DNA of 44,713 nt, taken from a virus (lineage: Duplodnaviria; Heunggongvirae; Uroviricota; Caudoviricetes). The notes beneath the pieces were generated by a model that searched no databases, was not told where the DNA came from, and was given only the letters and a program-made list of their open reading frames with translations. The DNA lies in IMG/VR virus record IMGVR_UViG_2531839450_000015; one strand, 5' to 3'. Each line of letters opens with the position of its first letter. The stretch's first letter is position 1. Below are positions 38,203 to 44,713 of the stretch, piece by piece. The translations under genes were made by a program, and so were the position numbers.

Positions 38203-38588
38203 TGAGGTTAACGATGGAATTTAAAGATTTACCAACACCTTTCCAGGAAATGGCAGCGAATATAGTTCGTTCTCAATTGGCGACTCTTGACCTGAGTACC
38301 GTAGAAAAAGAAACCATAGATAATATATCCGGTAACGTGCGCCGTGCCTTTATCGGGTTGTACGAAGAGAAGCAGCACTCTGATAAGCATGATTCCTCTG
38401 AAAAATACTTCCTGGAATTAATGGATATCATTAACAAGGGGTTTGGTTTGTTGATGGAAAAGAAAGGGATTCGAATAGAACCCCTTAAAAACCATTTTAC
38501 TGAGTGCAACATTAATTCCTGTGATTTAAAGCATCCCACTTCAGATGGGAAAGTTGAAGCCAACTATAAAATATCAATTAATCATTAA
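38202..38588 (+). CDS. Hypothetical protein co-oriented with the repressor
   Basis: 128-aa ORF whose ATG overlaps the stop of the preceding ORF (TGATG). An alternative ATG at 38214 has a GAGG SD. Confidence 0.45.
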   Translation: MRLTMEFKDLPTPFQEMAANIVRSQLATLDLSTVEKETIDNISGNVRRAFIGLYEEKQHSDKHDSSEKYFLELMDIINKGFGLLMEKKGIRIEPLKNHFTECNINSCDLKHPTSDGKVEANYKISINH

Positions 38589-38666
38589 GTTCTCCACGGG
38601 TGAGGTGGAGAACATGCGCCGGACACGGATAAATCTCCGGCATGCTCTTTAACATTCTGGATATTC

Positions 38667-39113
38667 CTAACCACAAAGAAATCGCATCAATTTAGATTTT
38701 GTGGGCAGCTTCTCTTGTTGTTCGATGGAAACGCCTATTTTGATCTGTGTTTTTAAGATCGCAATATCTTTAAGTGATGACCAAATATGATCATCCGTTT
38801 TTTCCAGAATTTTTAACTGCATTTTCAATTCAGAATCAGAATATTTTTCTGCATCATCAAAAAGCTGCAAATATTCTGCGGATTTTCTCATGGCGTTACC
38901 TGACTTTTGTCCGAATCCATAAATCGTTTGGACGGTTGCGATCACAACAATAAAAACGCCAGAAATTTCCGGAATGAATCCGCCAATGACAGATGAACCG
39001 AGGATAATACTCACCACTGAGAGAAGTTTATCGAGACGACCAGTCGCTACAGAAAATAGTTGCTCAAGAAAATAGCCATATAAAATTCTGTCAAGAATAT
39101 CATCCCGGTCCAT
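38667..39113 (-). CDS. Two-TM membrane protein in the sieB position (candidate superinfection exclusion protein)
   Basis: 148 aa with central hydrophobic helices (LLSVVSIILGSSVIGGFIPEISGVFIVVIATVQTIYGF). Convergent with the repressor operon, between repressor and early-left operon as sieB is in Rac. Confidence 0.45.
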   Translation of the reverse strand: MDRDDILDRILYGYFLEQLFSVATGRLDKLLSVVSIILGSSVIGGFIPEISGVFIVVIATVQTIYGFGQKSGNAMRKSAEYLQLFDDAEKYSDSELKMQLKILEKTDDHIWSSLKDIAILKTQIKIGVSIEQQEKLPTKSKLMRFLCG

Positions 39114-39578
39114 ACATCATCACCTGCTTGTTTGGTTGTTGCTGTTCCCCCTCTCCTCCGAAGGAGCTGGAGATGGTTTTGGTCGAATGTTTTTCTCTGG
39201 TATGTGATCCCAGACTGTTTTATGTGTCGAATTGCCACCACCTGCTTGTGCTCTTTGCTCTGTCATATGATTTCCTTGGATCGTTGGGGATATCCAGATT
39301 ATACAGATTTCTTGTCGTTGGGGAATGACAGGAACCACCTCGCCTGACGTGGTTAAAAGCAGGCACACAACACGAAAGCGCACGGCGAAGTCATTTCTCC
39401 CTCTGTTGCGTGTCGCCGGTATCTTCGACCGTGCGCTTCCGGTTGTGGCACTCCGCGAAATGGCGCGGCGGTAAGTATGGCGGGGTTATCCTTACCCCCA
39501 CTGGTAGCACCGGGTTGTCAGGTTGACCATACGCCTGAGTGACAACCCCGCCACAACATCTCCATGTTGAGGCTTGTG

Positions 39579-39619
39579 TGAGACCTTTGGCGGCATCAGT
39601 TTAATTGCTGGCTGATGTC
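39579..39619 (+). terminator. Intrinsic terminator ahead of the early-left promoter region
   Basis: GGCGGCATCAG..CTGATGTCCGCC stem followed by CTTTTT. Confidence 0.5.
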
Positions 39620-39633
39620 CGCCCTTTTTAAAG

Positions 39634-39794
39634 TGAATTTTGTGATGCGGTGAATGCGGCTAAGCGCACGCGGAACAGTTAAAAAGCGATTAGTTCCCCC
39701 GTATCGGGTGTTTATGGGTTTCCCTGTATCCGGCGTTAATTGTTAACTGGTTAACGTCACCTGGAGGCACCAGGCACCGCATCACAAAATTCAT
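39634..39794. repeat. Perfect 19-bp inverted repeat pair (TGAATTTTGTGATGCGGTG / CACCGCATCACAAAATTCA) flanking 123 bp
   Basis: Exact reverse-complement copies at 39634..39652 and 39776..39794, immediately upstream of the first early-left gene. Confidence 0.6.
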
Positions 39795-39810
39795 TGTTGA
39801 GGACGCGATA

Positions 39811-39993
39811 ATGGAAACGTTATTACCAAACGTTAATACGTCTGAAGGTTGTTTTGAAATTGGTGTCAGAATCAGTAACCCTGTATTTACTGAAGATGCC
39901 ATTAACAAGAGAAAACACGAACGGGAGCTATTAAATCAAATATGCATTGTTTCAATGCTGGCCCGTTTACGCCTGATGCAAAAAGGACGCTGA
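39811..39993 (+). CDS. Small hypothetical early protein
   Basis: 60-aa ORF with GAGGA SD 7 nt upstream. Confidence 0.35.
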   Translation: METLLPNVNTSEGCFEIGVRISNPVFTEDAINKRKHERELLNQICIVSMLARLRLMQKGR

Positions 39994-39995
39994 CA

Positions 39996-40187
39996 ATGAA
40001 TACAGCATTTGCACTCGTTCTGACAGTTTTTCTTAATACAGGCGAACCAGTCGATCTTGTTATTGGTATACATGACTCAATGAAAGAATGCATGGCTGCC
40101 GCAGCGGAACAGAAAATTCCCGGCAACTGTTATCCGGTTGATAAAGTTATTCGCATGGACAATAACGAAATCCCGGCAGGTCTTTAA
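39996..40187 (+). CDS. Small hypothetical early protein with N-terminal hydrophobic segment
   Basis: 63 aa from ATG at 39996 with AGGA SD (MNTAFALVLTVFLNTGEPV...). Confidence 0.35.
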   Translation: MNTAFALVLTVFLNTGEPVDLVIGIHDSMKECMAAAAEQKIPGNCYPVDKVIRMDNNEIPAGL

Positions 40188-40279
40188 AACAGTTCCGTAA
40201 TAAACATCCGATTTCATTCTTATATGCCAGCAATGGCAGGGATTTGTTCACCCTTAAATCTGTAATGAGGTAAAACAAA

Positions 40280-42751
40280 ATGAGTAAAGTCTTTATTTGC
40301 GCCGCCATTCCGGACGAACAGGCAATAAAGGAAGAAGGTGCAGTCGCTGTAGCCACTGCCATTGAAGCCGGTGATGAACGTCGCGCCCGCGCAAAATTTC
40401 ACTGGCAATTCCTGGAACATTATCCGGCTGCTCAGGACTGCGCTTATAAATTTCTTGTTTGCGAGGATAAACCCGGTATACCCCGCCCTGCCCTCGATTC
40501 CTGGGATGCTGAATATATGCAGGAAAACCGCTGGGATGAGGAGTCTGCTTCCTTTGTCCCGGTTGAGACTGAATCAGATCCGATGAGCGTCACTTTTGAC
40601 AAGCTGGCCCCTGAAGTACAGAACGCTGTCATGGTTAAGTTCGACACATGTGAAAACATCACCGTTGATATGGTGATTAGCGCGCAGGAATTGTTGCAGG
40701 AAGACATGGCAACATTCGACGGACATATCGTTGAAGCGTTGATGAAAATGCCAGAAGTTAACGCCATGTATCCGGAGCTTAAGCTGCATGCCATCGGGTG
40801 GGTTAAGCATAAATGTAAGCCTGGTGCCAAATGGCCCGAAATTCAGGCAGAGATGCGCATCTGGAAAAAACGTCGCGAAGGTGAACGCAAAGAAACCGGG
40901 AAATACACGTCTGTTGTTGATCTTGCCCGCGCCAGAGTCAACCGGCAGCACACTGAAAACTCAGCAGGAAAAATCAACCCCGCCACTGCCGCCATTCGTC
41001 GCGAATACAAGCAGACATGGAAAACGCTGGATGAAGAACTGGCCTACGCTCTGTGGCCTGGCGATATTAATGCCGGAAACATTGACGGCAGCATCCATCG
41101 CTGGGCAAAAAATGAAGTTATCGACAAAGATCGCGAAGACTGGAAGCGCATTTCCGCATCAATGCGCAAACAACCCGATGCCGTTCGCTACGACCGTCAG
41201 ACTATTTTTGGCCTTGTCCGTGAGCGTCCGATCGACATTCACAAAGATCCTGTGGCGCTGAACAAATACATCACTGAATACCTGACTACAAAGGGCGTGT
41301 TTGAAGATGAAGGAAGAAATCAGAGCACAACTAATACTCTCCCGTCGCCAGTACCAGAAGCTGATGCAGTGGAAACGGCAATGCCGAACAACGAAAAAAC
41401 CGAATGCAAAGTGGAAGTCGAACCATCTGTAGAGCGTGAGGGGCCGTTCTACTTCCTCTTCACCGACAAGGATGGCGAAAAATACGGTCGCGCAAACAAA
41501 CTTTCTGGTCTGGATAAAGCACTGGCTGCCGGGGCTACTGAAATCACGAAAGAAGAATATTTCGCCCGCAAAAACGGTACATACTCAGGTTCACAACAAA
41601 ATACTGGTGCATCTGACACGACCGCACAACCAGGGCCGGTAAAAGTTACCGCTGACGAAGTAAACAAAATTATGCAGGCAGCCAATATCAGCCAGCCTGA
41701 CGCCGATGAACTGCTTGCAGTATCACGTGGTGAATTTGTTGCAGGGATTAGCGATCCGAATGATCCGAAATGGGTGAAGGGGATTGAAACCCGCGATTCT
41801 GTGAACCAGAACCAGCAAGAAACGGAACAGAACGACCAGAAAGCGGAACAAAACAGCCCAAATACGCAACAAAACGAGCCAGAAACGAAACAACCTGAAC
41901 CAGTAGTGCAACAGGAACCGGAAAAGATCTGCACCGCCTGCGGTCAAAGCGGTGGCGGCAACTGCCCTGATTGTGGTGCAGTGATGGGCGACGCAACATA
42001 CCAGGAAACATTCGATGACAAGAACCAGGTTGAAGTTCAGGAAGACGATTCGGAGAAAATGGAAGGCGCTGAACATCCACACAAGGAGAATGCTGGCAGC
42101 GCTCAGGATCACGCCAGCGATAGTGAAACTGGCGAGACGGCAGATCCCTTAATTACGGTGAACGGTCATCGCGTTATCACATCCACCAGCAGGACGTGTG
42201 ACCATCTAATGATCGACCTTGAAACCATGGGAAAAAATCCTGATGCCCCGATTATCTCAATAGGTGCAATATTTTTCGATCCGCAAACCGGAGATATGGG
42301 ACCGGAATTTAGTAAGACTATCGATCTGGAAACTGCTGGCGGAGTCATTGATCGGGACACCATTAAATGGTGGCTTAAGCAATCACGCGAAGCGCAATCT
42401 GCCATTATGACCGATGAAATCCCGTTAGATGATGCACTGCTACAATTGCGGGAATTTATCGACGAAAACTCCGGTGAATTTTTTGTTCAGGTCTGGGGAA
42501 ATGGAGCCAACTTCGACAACACGATTTTGCGCCGTTCATACGAACGGCAGGGGATCCCCTGCCCGTGGCGTTACTACAACGATCGCGATGTACGCACAAT
42601 CGTTGAGCTGGGGAAAGCCATAGACTTCGATGCCAGAACGGCTATTCCATTCGAAGGTGAGCGCCATAATGCACTTGATGACGCCCGTTACCAGGCAAAA
42701 TACGTTTCAGCTATCTGGCAAAAACTGATCCCGAGTCAGGCTGATTTTTAA
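40280..42751 (+). CDS. Large exonuclease-domain protein (RecE/exodeoxyribonuclease VIII-like annotation class) with C-terminal DnaQ-like fold
   Basis: 823 aa. C-terminal 200 aa carry DEDD-like acidic motifs (MIDLETMG, VWGNGANFDNTIL, HNALDDARY). A Q/N/E-rich linker and a CxxC..CxxC zinc ribbon (CTACGQSGGGNCPDCG) lie in the middle. Confidence 0.55.
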   Translation: MSKVFICAAIPDEQAIKEEGAVAVATAIEAGDERRARAKFHWQFLEHYPAAQDCAYKFLVCEDKPGIPRPALDSWDAEYMQENRWDEESASFVPVETESDPMSVTFDKLAPEVQNAVMVKFDTCENITVDMVISAQELLQEDMATFDGHIVEALMKMPEVNAMYPELKLHAIGWVKHKCKPGAKWPEIQAEMRIWKKRREGERKETGKYTSVVDLARARVNRQHTENSAGKINPATAAIRREYKQTWKTLDEELAYALWPGDINAGNIDGSIHRWAKNEVIDKDREDWKRISASMRKQPDAVRYDRQTIFGLVRERPIDIHKDPVALNKYITEYLTTKGVFEDEGRNQSTTNTLPSPVPEADAVETAMPNNEKTECKVEVEPSVEREGPFYFLFTDKDGEKYGRANKLSGLDKALAAGATEITKEEYFARKNGTYSGSQQNTGASDTTAQPGPVKVTADEVNKIMQAANISQPDADELLAVSRGEFVAGISDPNDPKWVKGIETRDSVNQNQQETEQNDQKAEQNSPNTQQNEPETKQPEPVVQQEPEKICTACGQSGGGNCPDCGAVMGDATYQETFDDKNQVEVQEDDSEKMEGAEHPHKENAGSAQDHASDSETGETADPLITVNGHRVITSTSRTCDHLMIDLETMGKNPDAPIISIGAIFFDPQTGDMGPEFSKTIDLETAGGVIDRDTIKWWLKQSREAQSAIMTDEIPLDDALLQLREFIDENSGEFFVQVWGNGANFDNTILRRSYERQGIPCPWRYYNDRDVRTIVELGKAIDFDARTAIPFEGERHNALDDARYQAKYVSAIWQKLIPSQADF

Positions 42752-42803
42752 TGTTCAACCGTCGCCAGTTGTCGTTGGTATTCTGCAACTGGCGCGTTCC
42801 GGA

Positions 42804-43082
42804 GTGATAGCCATGAGCGAACAGTACCTGATAACGCTCGATGAGTGGAAGCCAAAACGGTTCAGTCTCCCAATAACAAACACTACCCTAGTGAAATACG
42901 GAAAACTAGGATACATCGTTCCAAGACCACAAAAAATTCGTGGGCGTTGGCTGATAGATCGCCGAGCAGTATTTGTTGGACCTGGTGAAACAGGAATTGC
43001 GCCGGAAATTCATACTGGCGATGATGATGCACTGAAGGAGATTTTAACTCATGTCACCGAGGCCACGAAAAAACAGCACTGA
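42804..43082 (+). CDS. xis: Excisionase (lambda Xis-like)
   Basis: YLITLDEWKPKRFSLPITNTTLVKYGKLGYIVPRP resembles the lambda Xis winged-helix region. Overlaps the int start. Confidence 0.65.
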   Translation: MIAMSEQYLITLDEWKPKRFSLPITNTTLVKYGKLGYIVPRPQKIRGRWLIDRRAVFVGPGETGIAPEIHTGDDDALKEILTHVTEATKKQH

Positions 43083-44169
43083 CGTAGCCGGACTTTACGA
43101 AAAATTTGATCGCAGAACTGGCAGAGTTTACTACCAGTATAAAAACCCTGTGACTGGAAAATTTCACGGGCTCGGAACAGACAAAGGTAAGGCAGAAAAA
43201 ATCGCTTCCACAGCCAATCAGCGAATAGCTGCAGCAGAGGCTGAATATTTCATGCGCAAAATTGATGAAAGTCCGTCAGCAACAAAGCGTCGGGGTATCA
43301 GATTAAAGGCATGGGTTGATCGATATCTGAAAATACAGGACACGCGACTGAAAAATGGAGATATTGCAGCTACAACTCACAAAGAAAAAGCCCGAATGGC
43401 TGCATACCTGGTTTCCCGTCTGGGAAACCACCCATTGAAAGAACTGGAAGTAAGAGACTTTGCATTAATACTGGATGAGTGGCTGGATAAAGACATGGTC
43501 AGCACAGCGAGAGTAAATCGTGGATTATGGGTTGATATTTATAAAGAAGCACAGCATGCAGGGGAAGTTCCTCCTGGATGGAATCCTCCGGAGGCTACCC
43601 GTAAACCGATCCCTAAAGTAACTAGAGCCAGGCTCACCCTGGAAGACTGGCAAAAAATTTACAACGCAACGCCTGAAAAACACTTTATCCGTAACGCAAT
43701 GCTTCTTGCGCTTGTTACTGGTCAGCGCCGTGATGACATTTGCCACATGCGTTTTTCAGATGTGTGGAACGAACACTTGCATATCACCCAGGGAAAAACC
43801 GGAATGCGTCTGGCGTTACCGCTTACACTACGCTGTGATGCCATTGGGATAACGTTAAAAGAAGTTATTGATGGGTGCCGAGACAGAATATTAAGTCCAT
43901 ATCTAATCCATAGTCGGCACCAGAAACAACCAAAGCCGATGAGTAAAGACAACCTGAGCGACTACTTTGCCAAAGCACGGGATCTGGCTGGGATAACTCC
44001 ACCAGCAGGAAAAACTCCGCCAACATTTCATGAACAACGCTCCCTGTCAGAACGACTGTACCGCGCGCAGGGTATTGATACAAAAACATTACTGGGACAT
44101 AAAGTCCAAGCAACCACCGATCGTTATAACGATACTCGTGGTCAGGAATGGGTTAAATTGGTTGTTTGA
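43051..44169 (+). CDS. int: Tyrosine integrase (lambda Int family)
   Basis: 372 aa with lambda-Int-like N-terminal arm-binding region and a catalytic domain (R in TGQRRDD, HEQRS, terminal Tyr in TDRYND). Confidence 0.9.
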   Translation: MSPRPRKNSTDVAGLYEKFDRRTGRVYYQYKNPVTGKFHGLGTDKGKAEKIASTANQRIAAAEAEYFMRKIDESPSATKRRGIRLKAWVDRYLKIQDTRLKNGDIAATTHKEKARMAAYLVSRLGNHPLKELEVRDFALILDEWLDKDMVSTARVNRGLWVDIYKEAQHAGEVPPGWNPPEATRKPIPKVTRARLTLEDWQKIYNATPEKHFIRNAMLLALVTGQRRDDICHMRFSDVWNEHLHITQGKTGMRLALPLTLRCDAIGITLKEVIDGCRDRILSPYLIHSRHQKQPKPMSKDNLSDYFAKARDLAGITPPAGKTPPTFHEQRSLSERLYRAQGIDTKTLLGHKVQATTDRYNDTRGQEWVKLVV

Positions 44170-44216
44170 CGAAATAAATACAGCTGAAAAATGTTGATAT
44201 TGCTTTGCTAGTGTAA

Positions 44217-44240
44217 AAACCCCGGCATCAACCGGGGTTC
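44217..44240 (-). terminator. Intrinsic terminator between int and the convergent membrane protein gene
   Basis: CCCCGG-TTGATG-CCGGGG followed by TTTTTAC on the minus strand. Confidence 0.5.
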
Positions 44241-44245
44241 AGAGA

Positions 44246-44713
44246 CTAATCTTGATCAGGTTCCTGCTTAGAATAATGTTTTCCAACAATAAATGCCGTA
44301 ACCAATGCAACAAGATCTATTGAAACGAGAGTTCCGGCAAGAACTGTCTCCCCCATGACGCCAAAGACAGTGGCAGCTAAGATGATCAATATTGCCAACC
44401 AAAAAGCCTTTGTTTGACCATCTCTGGCAATATCAATGCTATCAGCCACTGTTTTATGGCGATGAGCCTGCTCTTTTTCGGTCAACTCAACAAGTCGATT
44501 TGCAAGCCCAGGCACCAGTTGATCATACTTTTTAAGCATTGAAGGTGGCGGAACAGGCCCCTGAAAATGCTGGCAAACAATAGCCCGCACCTGCGGACTA
44601 TCCAAAACCCTGTTTAAAACCTCTGGATTTTCGATTACTCGAGAAACCAGTTCATTATCCTTTTGTTCTTCACAAGTGAGTTTGGTGTTCTCACTTTCTT
44701 TTTGATCTGGCAT
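44246..44713 (-). CDS. Hypothetical membrane protein, possibly flanking host or att-adjacent cargo
   Basis: 155-aa ORF with C-terminal TM helices. Its ATG lies at the last three bases of the window, so upstream context is unseen. Confidence 0.45.
   Translation of the reverse strand: MPDQKESENTKLTCEEQKDNELVSRVIENPEVLNRVLDSPQVRAIVCQHFQGPVPPPSMLKKYDQLVPGLANRLVELTEKEQAHRHKTVADSIDIARDGQTKAFWLAILIILAATVFGVMGETVLAGTLVSIDLVALVTAFIVGKHYSKQEPDQD

Noticed and set aside
41449-42112. Several minus-strand ORFs (110 to 161 aa) inside the recE-like gene
   Set aside because: Antisense or alternate-frame artefacts of the Q/N/E-rich linker region; hydrophobic or low-complexity with no start signals.
1-44713. 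tRNA, rRNA or tmRNA genes, for example at the integration site
   Set aside because: No cloverleaf-compatible segments or rRNA-like conserved blocks were recognised by eye; absence cannot be proven without a tRNA scan.

Overview
This window is almost entirely one mosaic lambdoid prophage of an enterobacterial (E. coli-like) host, running from the integrase end (right edge) to the tail fibre genes (left edge). The morphogenetic half (Nu1 to tfa, 1..23060) is on the minus strand in exact lambda gene order, with a lambda-like cos site next to Nu1. The early half resembles Rac/Qin-type prophages: divergent repressor/Cro-like switch, YdaT-like gene, iteron-bearing replication gene, RusA, DUF968 protein, Q antiterminator, and int/xis. 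Accessory cargo includes an intact IS3 with a 3-bp target duplication, bor, lom, an AraC-family regulator with an ORF6N protein between Q and the lysis genes, and a hok-type toxin. The most unusual locus is a plus-strand Hanks-type Ser/Thr kinase and PP2C-like phosphatase pair beside hok, where both genes have irregular starts. The phosphatase body is only reachable from its SD-led ATG through a -1 shift at an A_AAA_AAG heptamer. Family assignments rest on motif recognition and recalled reference proteins, not on searches; coordinates were derived by hand from the ORF track and checked codon by codon where a start was refined.
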